A DNA stretch of 63,823 bases, the filler included, from Octopus bimaculoides (lineage: Eukaryota): the NCBI RefSeq assembly GCF_001194135.2. It is 4 parts of 4 records of this genome, joined end to end, with 100 filler letters (N's around TTAATTAATTAA, not from the genome) between each part and the next. Parts side by side here need not be neighbours in the genome. Positions count along the whole stretch, not along the records: positions 43,120 to 63,823 come from NC_068981.1; 3 more parts are not named here. One strand, given 5' to 3'. The position numbers were made by a program, and so were the translations under genes. The notes beneath the pieces were generated by a model. It worked only from the letters and a program-made list of their open reading frames with translations, ran no database searches and had not been told where the DNA came from. Shown in pieces: positions 52,422 through 63,504 of the stretch; position 1 is the first letter of the stretch, and every line of letters starts with the position of its first letter.

Positions 52422-52794
52422 TCGTTCCAGCACACAATCTCAGATCAGGTCACTTGCTATGCAAGNNNNNNNNNNNNNNNNNNNNNNNNNNNNNNNNNNN
52501 NNNNNNNNNNNNNNNNNNNNNNNNNNNNNNNNNNNNNNNNNNNNNNNNNNNNNNNNNNNNNNNNNNNNNNNNNNNNNNNNNNNNNNNNNNNNNNNNNNNN
52601 NNNNNNNNNNNNNNNNNNNNNNNNNNNNNNNNNNNNNNNNNNNNNNNNNNNNNNNNNNNNNNNNNNNNNNNNNNNNNNNNNNNNNNNNNNNNNNNNNNNN
52701 NNNNNNNNNNNNNNNNNNNNNNNGGCAAGACATTTAAAATCACCTAAAAAAACACTATTAAACAGGTACCGGTTTCGGATTTAACAAATCTTAC

Positions 52795-52893
52795 TGATTG
52801 TCCATTCCTCTTCAGCCCGATCTGTAATGTAACCGCAATCATCAGAATCGTATACAAAGTAGCCCACCGCCATGGGTGCGCGTGTATATGGTT
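52795..52893 (-). CDS. Candidate 99-bp internal exon (phase 1-1), product unknown
   Basis: ttagCAG acceptor, ATCA|GTAAGA donor; open frame PYTRAPMAVGYFVYDSDDCGYITDRAEEEWTI; CpG-rich unique sequence inside a CpG-poor region. Confidence 0.35.
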
Positions 52894-53129
52894 CTGCTAA
52901 TTATAGCTTAATGGTGAAATTCAAAAGTCTTCGTTTTGGCACGCTAATTCCAGGAATATATCTGCAGAAAATATTTACTGCGTCGTATATATTCAGTATG
53001 AGAGATTGGCAATGGGTAATACATTATCATAAAATATGGTAATTAATCATATATTAATTAATATCGATTAATTATCAGGAGGCCAGCACATCTAAAGAAT
53101 CAAAGAGATTAATTATCAGGAGCCAGCCA

Positions 53130-53385
53130 GGCAGAAGCCTGCACCAGACTTCTGCAACTGCTTTGGCAGGAAATTTACAGCTGGATGCCCTTCCTAACAC
53201 CAACCACTCAGCAGAGTGGACTTAGTGCCTTTTATGTGGCACAAGTGAGGTCAGTTTTGGCAAGGTTTTTACAGCTGGATGCCCTTCCAAATGCCAACCA
53301 CTTTACTGTGTGGACTGGGTGCTTTTGAGTGGCGCCTGCACTGACAGGGTCTCCAAGTAACTTACAAGACAAGAAACAGGTGTCT
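53130..53385 (-). mobile_element. Family-C repeat copies
   Basis: acagctggatgcccttcc(t)aa..ccaaccact units in reverse orientation. Confidence 0.65.
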
Positions 53386-54244
53386 TGCTATAGAGGAGGT
53401 ACCAGATTATCCAGCTGGGGGTGGGGGGTGGGAGAGATCAGGAATGAATACAGAAACAGGTGCACTGCCACAAAGGAAATACATGGTTATCCAACCTGAG
53501 GGATAACCTGGAGTCAGTTTCTTCAACTAAAGGTAGTGCTCCAGCTTGGCTGCAGTCAAATGACTGAAACAAATAAAAGAACAAAAGAATATGTGTATAT
53601 ATATATATATATATGGTGGTGGTGGTGGTGGTTGTACTGATGGTGGTGGTGGTGGTGATTGTACTGATGACGGTGGTGGCGATAATGATTGTACTGAGGA
53701 TAACGGTGGTAGCACTTATGATGGCAGTGGTGATGGTGTTGATGGTTATGATTCTTTTATAGTGTTAGTACTGGCCTACTTGTGATGATAATATTTGATG
53801 TCCAACAAGTATTGTGTATGTGTGGTAAGGAGGTTGGATGGTAAAAAAATCTCTGTATCAATATTTCACCTTCACCCAACTCCTACCGACCCAGTCACTG
53901 TTCCCCCACCCCCCTCGGAATGATTTTTGAAGGTTTTAACTTAATTGATTTAAATAGGTGGAATGTGCAGAGACAGGACATAGGCTGACCTGGGGCTAAA
54001 CAACAGTAGCATCACTTATCATCTCTCTAGGGACACAACCATGCCCCCTCTCTAACTATACCACCGTTACAGGTCTAACTAAGCACTAACTTCTCTCTCT
54101 CTCTCTCTCCGTCCGTCTGTCCCACCACCACCATCATACTCTCTAACAGAGTAAACCATCAGGGAAGGGCGCCTTTCATCATGACTGAGCATGCTAGAAA
54201 CAGCAGTCACTTATCAGAACACATCCTAACATCTTTAATCTTTT

Positions 54245-54640
54245 ATCTTTTACTTGTTTCAGTTGTTGGACTGCGGCCATGCTGGGTCACCACCTTGGGG
54301 GATTTTAGCAGAACAAATTTTACCCTTTTTTTTGTTTTTTTGTTTTTGAGTGGGGCAGTAAATGAAATCTGGTACTTGTTTTGTTGGTCACTTTTGCCAA
54401 AATGCTGAATTATGGAATCATGAATGAACCAGCACCAGTTGACAAGAAGCGATGATGAGAAACACAGACACACAAAGTCACACACACATAACAGACTTCT
54501 TTCAGTTTCCATTCTATCAAACCAATTCTCAAGGCTTTGGTCAGCTCAGAACTATAATAAAGAAAAAACTTGCCCAAGGCGCTGCACAATGGAATTGAAC
54601 ACAAGACCACATAGTTGTCTTACCTTCACAGCCATGCTTG
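54245..54640 (-). mobile_element. Family-B SINE, CpG-depleted
   Basis: Colinear with other family-B copies. Confidence 0.75.
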
Positions 54641-54729
54641 TTCCTATCGTTTTTTTATTACTGTTAAAGTGCCTATCTGCCCTCTATACTCGGGCTTTAG
54701 CCCCTAAAGTGCTGTTGCTGGTTTAAATC

Positions 54730-55420
54730 TTGAGAAAAAAGTTGGGCATATAAGGCATCAGATGTGGTGTGCAAGAGAAACGACTGCACTGGTATGGTCA
54801 TGTGATGCATATGGACACGGACAGTTGCATAAAGAAGTGCTGATCTCTAACAGTGGAGGGAATATGTGGAAGAGGTAGACCCAGGAAAACATGGGACAAG
54901 GTGGTGAAGCATGATCTTCGAATTTTGGGCCTCACAGAGGCAATGCCTGCTGACCGAGACCTTTGGTGGTATGCTGTGCTTGAGAAAACCTGCTAAGCCA
55001 AGTGATATTGTAGCTGTGGGTAATGCTAGTGTCACGTAACTGGCACCCATGTCGGTGTCACATAAAAGGCCCCTTTCAAGCGTTGGGCCACACTGAAGCA
55101 AAACGGCTGATGCCATTGGTACATGAAAAGCTCCTTTAGAGTGTTGGGCCTCACAGAGGCAATGACCGATGCCTTTGACATTATCGTGCTTGAGAAGAAG
55201 ACCCATCAAGCCAAGTAAATTCACAGTTGTGGCAGATACCAGTGTCATGCAAATGGAACCCATGCCGGGGACACATCATAAGCACCCATTACACTCTCAG
55301 AGTGGTTGGCGTTAGGAAGGGCATCCAGCCGTAGACACCATGCCAAATCAGACTGGAGTCTGGTGCAGCCTTCCAGCTTGTCAGCCCTGGTCAAACCGTC
55401 CAACCCATGCCTATACCAGT
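54730..55420 (+). mobile_element. RTE-clade LINE 3' end with duplicated 3' segments and a family-C tail
   Basis: RLHWYGHVMHMD...GRGRPRKTWDKVVKHDL matches the RTE C-terminal RLRWFGHV...GRPRKTW motif; gggcctcacagaggcaatg is repeated. Confidence 0.8.
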
Positions 55421-55599
55421 GTTGCATAACCAGCCCATTTAAAAGTAACTTTGAATTATTGGGTGATAAACTGCACTTGAGAAGACCTATTGAGTCAAGT
55501 AAAATTAAAAATCAAAATCACAAGCAAATCAAGATCGAAATGAAAATGGAAATTGTAGTTGTAACCAATGCCAGTGCTGCCTGACTAGCACCCGTAAAG

Positions 55600-55842
55600 A
55601 TGGCAAGTAATAAGCACCATTCAAGCATGGGTCGATGCCAGTGCCGCCTGACTGGCTCCCTGTGCTGGTGACACGTAAAAAGCACCCACTACACTCTTGA
55701 AGTAGTTGGCGTTAGGAAGGGCATCTAGCTGTAGCAGACTTGCCAGATCAGATTGGAGCCTGGCGCAGCTTACTGGCTTGTCAGTCCCCAGTCAAACCGT
55801 CCAACCTATGCCAGCATGGAAAACGGACGTTAAACGATGATA
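55600..55842 (+). mobile_element. Family-C repeat with CpGs largely retained
   Basis: gttggcgttaggaagggcatc...ggaaaacggacgttaaacgatgat. Confidence 0.75.
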
Positions 55843-55956
55843 TATATATATATATATATATATATACCGGAGTAAGCACATGAAATGTGCAACAAGGTGG
55901 AAAAAAGAGTACTCAAATACCAGAGGTAGAGTAATATGCTTTATTTAAAAGCAGCA

Positions 55957-55998
55957 GAATGTCCGATGAACGGGAACGTGAAACTCAGAGTAACGGTT
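55957..55998 (+). ncRNA. Minimal type-I hammerhead-like motif (CCGAUGA core, GUA site) enclosed by a 21-bp inverted repeat
   Basis: aatgt-CCGATGA-acg(ggaa)cgt-GAAAC-TCAGA-GTA-acggtt; perfect inverted repeat at 55939-55959 and 56011-56031. Confidence 0.5.
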
Positions 55999-56031
55999 TT
56001 TTTGTTATATTTCTGCTGCTTTTAAATAAAG

Positions 56032-56059
<28 letters not shown>

Positions 56060-56062
<3 letters not shown>

Positions 56063-56184
56063 GGTGTCCACAAGGTCTGGGTACATGGAGTAAATAAAAT
56101 CATAGCATAAATGATTAAATATAAGAAATACTAATTTCTTAAAGTATGTGTTAATCCCTATGTACCCAGACTTTGTGGACACCC

Positions 56185-56186
<2 letters not shown>
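56060..56186. mobile_element. Tc1/mariner-type MITE
   Basis: 27-bp TIRs cagggtgtccacaa(g/a)gtctgggtacat, TA on both flanks. Confidence 0.88.
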
Positions 56187-56237
<51 letters not shown>

Positions 56238-56636
56238 ATGTGTGCAAGTGTGTGCGTGTATGTATAGAATATAATGTATACATTTATGATATAAAATATG
56301 TTTATATTTTTATATATATAGATATTATAAATTATATCAAATATATGTATATATATATATACACACACACATTATACACATACACACACAAACACACAAC
56401 GTATGTATGTATGTAATAGAGATTAACCAATCAGAAATTAGTGTATATCCTACTTAACCTATGAATATTAAAGGAAAATTGTTTGGGAAATAACAACAAA
56501 CGTTTGTGTAACCTTAAATGTATTCTCTCTTACACATTCGTTGAACACTATTATGCTTTAATTGACTGGCGTTTTAAATTCATTCTTGATTGAAAATCTT
56601 CCACTTTAATTGTAATTGAAAACCCAACATTTTATA

Positions 56637-56828
56637 ATGCAGCAGGAAAAGAAGAGAGTCGTCTTTGCGGATGAAAAGGACCGTGTTGCAGTTTTAACAA
56701 ATGACCAACAACTTTACATTATGGCTCAGGTGAAATCGAATGCTATGTCCGTAGATAATGCCTTGAAAATGGCTAAACAACTCTCTGGAGAATCGCAAGA
56801 TTTACCGCCAGAACTCAGGGCAAGTTGA
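56637..56828 (+). CDS. Probable host coding exon; RVxF-like motif and a helical segment reminiscent of SASH1/BCAP-type adaptors
   Basis: MQQEKKRVVFADEKDRVAVLTNDQQLYIMAQVKSNAMSVDNALKMAKQLSGESQDLPPELR; coding-like composition; ATG at 56637 or CAGCAG acceptor (56643/56646); ends at a possible GC donor AGG|GCAAGT (56820) or at TGA 56826-56828. Confidence 0.6.
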   Translation: MQQEKKRVVFADEKDRVAVLTNDQQLYIMAQVKSNAMSVDNALKMAKQLSGESQDLPPELRAS

Positions 56829-57479
56829 AATCTTTATTTTATTTATTTATTTATTATTTTTTTTTTTTCAGTGTATATCAGTGTATCGATCTATGATCGA
56901 AAGCATTCTAGTGATTGTTCCGCCCTTTTTAGGGAGTATATAAAACTGTTGTTAATTCGTCTTTTCCTCTCTCAAGGTGGGCACGATTTGAGCGATATTT
57001 TGTTGCTGATACTCCTTTGAATTACGCAAGTTGTTGTGTCACTCTTTCTTATATGAACAGCTGGCATACCTATACAAGTGCCCTCACCCCCTGACGTTTA
57101 TTTCCTTATAACACCCAGAAATATGAATATTTTATGATGAAATTTTCTGCAAATACACCTCAGATGGTGTAGATTCCAATTATATCAGAATTCGTCGCGA
57201 AAACATTTTTCCGTAGGTGGGGAGAGAAGTTTCGGAAAATTCACCTGAATCGGCTTCGTTTCCTCATAACTTTCAGAAAAATGGGTATTTTTTAATGAAT
57301 TTTTCTACAAATATCTTTTAGAGTGTATAAATTACGATTATATCGGAATTTAATACGAAAAAAAAAGTGGTTTGGCGCATATACATACTGATACACATCA
57401 CAATGAAACTTAAAATTTTTGAAGTTTTCACAAAAAATTCCGATATAATCGTAAATGGTTTTGAACAACTAAATGACCA

Positions 57480-57480
57480 A

Positions 57481-57512
<32 letters not shown>

Positions 57513-57685
57513 CCATCATTTAACGTCCGTTTTCCATGCTAGCATGGGTTGGACGATTTGACTGAAGACTGGCAAGCCAGAAGGCTGCACCAGGCTCCAA
57601 TCTGATCTGGCAGAGTTTCTACAGCTGGATGCCCTTCCTAACGCCAACCACCCCGAGTGTGTAGTGGGTGTTTACGTGCCGGCCA
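57480..57685 (-). mobile_element. Family-C repeat with (CAT)n tail
   Basis: Reverse complement of the 55.7-kb copy. Confidence 0.75.
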
Positions 57686-57879
57686 AATGGCAGAAATCAA
57701 TTTAGATAAATAAACAACGAACAAAATTGGTAAATTAATTAACAAGTTCAAAAATAATTAAACAGAAAAGGAGATGGATTACCTTATGAATTTTAAAGTA
57801 AAAATAAGTAACTTTTATGCACTGAAAATTCATAAAATTAAAGAAATGCGTAATAGTTTAAAGGACACTCATACCCCTT

Positions 57880-58460
57880 ATATAAACTTTTCCAAACCGT
57901 GTGATTTAAAGTTATGTCAAATACTTATCAGTTGAGCAATTCATTTGACAATTTTAAAACCATTGCACAAATTGGTTCCAAGTTTCATCAGAGATGACAT
58001 CGACTTCCCAAGCCAGATTACAGAGCAAGTGAATATAGAGACGATCCTGATTAGTTTCAACATGACTAGCCTCAACACAAATCTTCCCTATGAATTATAG
58101 TGAGAAGCAGTAGAATCCTGGATCGGTAAATAACCACACCAAATTCAGGAAAGATTCTCAAAAGAAGGATTATAATTGGTGCTAGAAAATGACTACTTCT
58201 TCTTTGATAACCAGTGTTAACTTCAAATAAAAGGGACAACCAATGGTCATGATGATTGCACCCATATTTGCAACACTAGTAATGAGATTCTTGAAGAAAA
58301 ACATCTGTGCTTGTTTTGGGATTACTTTTGATCAGCATTTTCAAGCCTATTTAAAAGAAAACTCAAAAATATTCTTGTATGTCTATTTTATATTTTGGAA
58401 CAGAAGTAAGGAAGATCTTACAAGATTATTTAAATTAGTAAGTAGCATTAATGAGTCAGT
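57880..58460 (+). pseudogene. Second Penelope-like RT remnant
   Basis: LKPLHKLVPSFIRDDIDF, ILISFNMTSLNTNLPYEL, LVLENDYFSFDN, LQIKG, APIFATLVMRFL, FIFWNRSKEDL match PLE RT motifs, with stops and frameshifts. Confidence 0.8.
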
Positions 58461-59375
58461 CTAGTTCTCTATGAAAATGAATGGAAAGGAGTGCTAGAAC
58501 CCCATACACAACCTACCCTATCATCTTCCCCTCTGTCTTCCTTTTCTCAACCATTGACACAAATCCCTTCTCTTTCCCTGTTCCCTGCATCAATCCCTCT
58601 CTCAGTTAGTGCCCTTACTCTCTCCCTTGTAACCCTGTCACAGCTATAAATCTATTCCTCTCATCTTATCTTCCCTCATCTTAGAATCATTGTACTGTCT
58701 CCTATTTTACTTTAGTTGTTGAAGCTACTTGAAGCCCTAAACCACCCAAGTTGTAAGGCAATCCACACTATAGTTGGTGTCATGAAAATAGCACTTAGTA
58801 TATACTATGTGAAGCAGTTGGCATTAAGAAAAGCATTCAGCTATAGAAACTATGTCAAGTATGACACAATCCTCCAACTCATCAGATCCTGTTGAATCAT
58901 CTATATTATTCATTCATGGACATACATATAAATATATTATATATTTGAAGAAAAGCAACAAAAATTCAATAGGTTATTGCAGTACGTACATTTATTCATG
59001 TAGTGAGAACACTACATAGAATGTACAATGAAAATGTATTCCTCAGCTGCATAAAGGAATTTCATTTTAGAAAGTCATTTTGTAGATGTGTGCAAAAAAG
59101 AGTAAGAGAAGAAAACATACCATCTTGACTATGCTGCCATTCAACAGTCTAGTGGAGCTTGTATGAAACGTACGTACTGCTATAACCTATTGAATTTTGT
59201 TGCTTTTCTTCAAATTTTATTCACCAAATCTCTTGATTTTGTTTTTGGTTTTTACCCTACCAAATTCTGGTGCCTCAAACATTTTAAGTACCACATTTAA
59301 TCTTTTGATTAAATCTGTATTATTATAAATACATATATATATATTCTACCAGGAGGAATAAATTAGAATGTTTAA

Positions 59376-59954
59376 CCCTTTAGCATTTAAACTGGCCATA
59401 TCTGGCCCAAATATTCTACCTGTTTTATGTTCAAACTGACCAAATCCAACTTTTCAAACCTACCCTACAATGTCATTCTAGAATTAAAGAATCACATCAT
59501 CAAAAGTTCAAAGCTATGGAGATAATGCATGATTAACTCAAAACAATATGAACGAATAAATTTTATATTTGACAGAGTGAAGGTGCATGGTTTAATGGTT
59601 AGGGTATTCGGCTCTCAATCATAAGGTCAGGAGTTCAATTCCCAGCGACGCAGTGTGTCCTTGAGCAAGACACTTTATTCTGTGTTGCTCCAGTCCACTC
59701 AGCTAGCAAAATTGAGTAGTACCTGTATTTCAAAGGGCTAGCCTTGTCACATTCTGAATATCCCCGAGAACTATATTAAGGGTACACTGAATATCCCCGA
59801 GAACTACGTTTAGGGTACACATGTCTGTGGAGTGCTCAACCACTTGCACATTAATTTCACAAGTAGACTGTTCTATTGATTGGATCAACCAGAATCCTCA
59901 TTGTTGTAAGCGATGGAGTGCCATATTTGACAGAGAAATCTGAAAGCTAAAGAG
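59376..59954. mobile_element. piggyBac-like MITE carrying a SINE insertion
   Basis: TTAA-ccctttagc ... gctaaagag-TTAA; second, reversed copy at 62994-63182. Confidence 0.7.
59578..59922 (+). mobile_element. Full-length family-D SINE with a 13-bp target-site duplication
   Basis: atatttgacagag at 59565-59577 and 59923-59935; A box tggtttaatgg, B box gagttcaattc. Confidence 0.9.
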
Positions 59955-60334
59955 TTAAAATGTGCCTTTATATATATCTTTTTTTTTTCTTATCTAATGG
60001 TTTATCTGTGCTGAGTTCACTTGTAAGGTGCTGATAGTTTTATGATGAGCTAGTTTATTTGTATGCACATCACCTAAGATGTTTAGAACTTATACAAATA
60101 CATGTAGACAGAAAAATATATAGGTATATACATATATACATATAACTGTGTATGTTACATGGGTATACATATGTATATTGAGATTTGTATCTATATACTC
60201 ACATACTTTGATGTACCTAACCATATGTACACACTCGTACACACATGCACATTTTCCCTTACACACATGTATACACACTTACTTGCATATATTTGAAAAT
60301 ATTTTTAGAAAAGTTTTTTGATACAATTACAGTA

Positions 60335-60545
60335 TCACCATCATCGTCATTATCATTTAACATCTGCTTTCCATGCTGGCATGGGTTAGATGTTTTGACT
60401 GGAACTGGTAAACCAGAGAGCTGCACCAGGTCCCAGTGTGATTTGGCATAGTTTCTATGACGGGATGCTGTTCCTAACACCAACCATTGTGAGAGTGTAA
60501 TGGGTGCTTTTTACATGCCACTAGCATGGGTGTCATTTACATGAC
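60335..60545 (-). mobile_element. Family-C repeat, CpG-depleted
   Basis: Colinear with other family-C copies. Confidence 0.7.
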
Positions 60546-60928
60546 ATCGATAATGGTCAAGGCTATGATTTCACAAGTGCCATTTACATGACACTGACAG
60601 TAGCCTGACACTGGCAACATCACCTAAGATTGAAAATTATATTGAAAATTATTAATTATGTTTAAAAAAATCTTTAAAAAAAAAAAAGGAAATGCAAACC
60701 TGATGGAAGTTTTTGTGTTTTTATATCATTTTATACAGTTTTTATCTTTATACCATTTTATAGAAGTCTATAAGGATTACCTTGTAATACTTGTGTTTGT
60801 AAAGCTGTAAATAGCAAAAAGCGTTTAATAAAAAAAATTCCTTCCGGTAGGTTTGTGTGTATTTTCTGTTTTTAAAGATTTCTTTGTATAATTAATCATT
60901 TTTAATTTAAGAAAATTTTAATTCTTCA

Positions 60929-62035
60929 TATTAGGTTGTTTCACATGAAATGTCGCATTTTTAATTACTTGTTATTTCAGTCATCTAAAAACTCAATTAT
61001 GTATACCTTGCATTTAGTCTTTTTATTTCCCAACAATATTGGTATACAAAATTTGTACCCACAGACCTTATGAAAATGATAACAACCAAACTATGTTGAA
61101 TGATTTTCTCATATGAGTACAAACTGGGTCACTCTGCCGTAAAAGCTCTACAGAATATCAAGTGGGCCTTTGGTAATGACTTTGTTGACATCAGAACTGT
61201 TCAGAGATGGTTCCAAAGCTCTCATTCAGGAGATGATAGCCTTGAAAATAAACCAAGGGGCAGGCCAAAATCAGTTATTCGGCATGATGGATTTAATGCT
61301 TTCGTTGAACAAAATCCAAGAACAAAGGGTTGAAAACTTTCATCAGAATTCCAAACATCTCGCACAACTGTTTTTGGATACCTGTGGAAAATTGGAAAAG
61401 TCAAATGGATAGGTTTGTTTCACATCAGCTGAACAAGATTAAAAAAAAACAGACACCTCAAAGTGTATTCCTTATTGCTTTCTCAACTGGAAAAAGACCA
61501 TTTTTGCATCAAATCATTACTTGTGATAAGAAATGGATACTCTTTGACAACAGCAGGAGAAGAGGACAGTGATTAGATGCAGGAGAGTTACCTAAACACT
61601 ACCCAAACCTACCATTGCATCCTAAAAATTTAGTGGTCACTGTATGGTGGTCTGCGAAGGGAGTTATTCATTATTCGTTTTTGCAACAAGGAAAAACAGC
61701 AACAGCAACATCGTGCTGCCAGGAAATTGATTGTATGCATGAGAATTTGAAAAAGAAGCAACCCAGACTAGTGAATAGAGATGGCCCAATTTTGCTCCAT
61801 GACAATGCACGTCCTCACACTCCTCAAGCTTCAGTTCAAAAGTTGCAAAGCCTGAATTATGAGATTTTGCAGCATCCTCCTTATTCCCCTGATATCTCTC
61901 TTACTGATCATCACTCATTTAAGCATTTTGAGCTTTTCATAAGCAATAAAACATTTTTAAATAGAGAAGAGGTAATTGAAGCATTCGGACAATTTATCAC
62001 AGCAAAAGATGAATATTTTTTTTTAAAGATGGAAT
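60929..62035 (+). mobile_element. Mariner transposon relic (5' TIR and nearly full frameshifted transposase)
   Basis: tattaggttg terminus; YEYKLGHSA, RTVQRWFQ, GRPKS (HTH); IITCDKKWILFDN; WWSAKGVIHY; LLHDNARPH; HPPYSPDISLTDHHSF. Confidence 0.92.
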
Positions 62036-62629
62036 ATATGATGGCTGTGATCTCACTTTACTTGCTGGGTCTTCTCAATCACACCCATGTTTAGATGGTG
62101 ATTAACATTCCTTCTTTATATCATCAGTAGCTCTTATATCTGAAAAAGTACACTCTAAAGCATTTGAATAGTAGCACAAAACCAATGGTCAGTCTATGAC
62201 TGGCCATAACTTTTAACTCCCTAAAATATATAAAATATATAGGCGGTGCTCCAGCATGGCCGCAGTCAAATGACTGAAACAAATAAAAGAATAAAAGAAT
62301 ACATAACCCATGCCAGCATGGACAATGGACGTTAAATGATGATGATGATGATGATATATTTGAAGAAAGATTTTCTTAAAATAAAAAAACTATTAATTAC
62401 TTTAAATACCCCATAACATGTGTGTTTGAAAAACTTAACGCACTATGAAAACTTCCTTCCAAAAACTTCAATCTACTTTTATTCTTTTTTTTCTTTCATT
62501 TCTTTTTTCTATATAACCAATAGTTTTTGTTTTAGAAAAAATTTTTTGGAAATATTGTGATAATATCACAAAATTCTTTTTAAAACCTTTTCAAATATAT
62601 ATGATTTTTGTCTTGCAAGTTACTTGGTG

Positions 62630-62928
62630 ACCTTGTCCATGCAGGTGCCACTTAAAAAGCATCCAGTCCACACTGTAAAGTGGTTGGCGTTTGGAAGGGC
62701 ATCCAGCCATAAAAAAACTTGCCAAAACTGACCTCACCTGTGCTTGTGCCACATAAAAAGCACTAACTCCACTCTACTGAGTGGTTGGTATTAGGAAGGG
62801 CATCCAGCTGTAAAAATCCTGCCAAAACAGTCACAAAAATCTGGTACAGGCTTCTGTCTGGCTGGCTCCTGTCAAACTGTCCCACCCATGCCAGCATTGA
62901 AGGCAGACATTAAACAATGATGATGATA
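62630..62928 (+). mobile_element. Family-C repeat (two head units) with (GAT)n tail
   Basis: gtggttgg..t.ggaagggcatccagc occurs twice, then ccacccatgccagcat..acattaaacaatgatgatga. Confidence 0.7.
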
Positions 62929-62993
62929 AAAAGGATATAATTTCTGAGGCTGAAAATGTTCTGAAATTTATTCTGGGGTCTTAATGCCTATGT

Positions 62994-63182
62994 TTAAACC
63001 CTTTAGCATTCAGATTGTTCAGTCAACTGTAATGCTTGTCATTGTTTTGAATTAATTGTGCATTATCTCATAACTGCAACATTTTGATCATGTGATTATT
63101 TATTTTTAGAATGACATTGTAGCCTAGATGTTAGAGGCCAAACCTGGGACAGGTATGACTAGTTTAAAATCTAAAGGATCAA
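62994..63182. mobile_element. piggyBac-like MITE, decayed
   Basis: ttaaaccctttagca left end; internal ttttagaatgacattgtag is the reverse complement of 59466-59483. Confidence 0.55.
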
Positions 63183-63504
63183 CATTGAAAAGTGACTGTG
63201 CCTTTTTTGCAGTAGTAACATATTTGATGAAGTGGGCCCTTAAATTTTATGTAATTAGAATTTAAATTTATGTGTAAGTATTATTGTCCCATCTATACTA
63301 TCTGAAGGCAAAATAAGTGTAGCTGATCTCTGCTTGGCAGTCTTATTCATTTGTTTGCTCAGGCAAGTGTTTCTGTTCAGATTTTATGGATGACTGATTT
63401 TCTAAATTTGAGATCTTTATAAGAAAGTGTGTCACCTACTCTCATGCAAACAAAATGAAACTATTCACTAAAACTTACATATGTGTATGTATATTTATAC
63501 AGAT

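Noticed and set aside
281-56416. Dozens of ORFs made of HT, CV, YI, ER, LS, poly-L, poly-E or X runs
   Set aside because: Translations of microsatellites and N-gaps; no coding evidence
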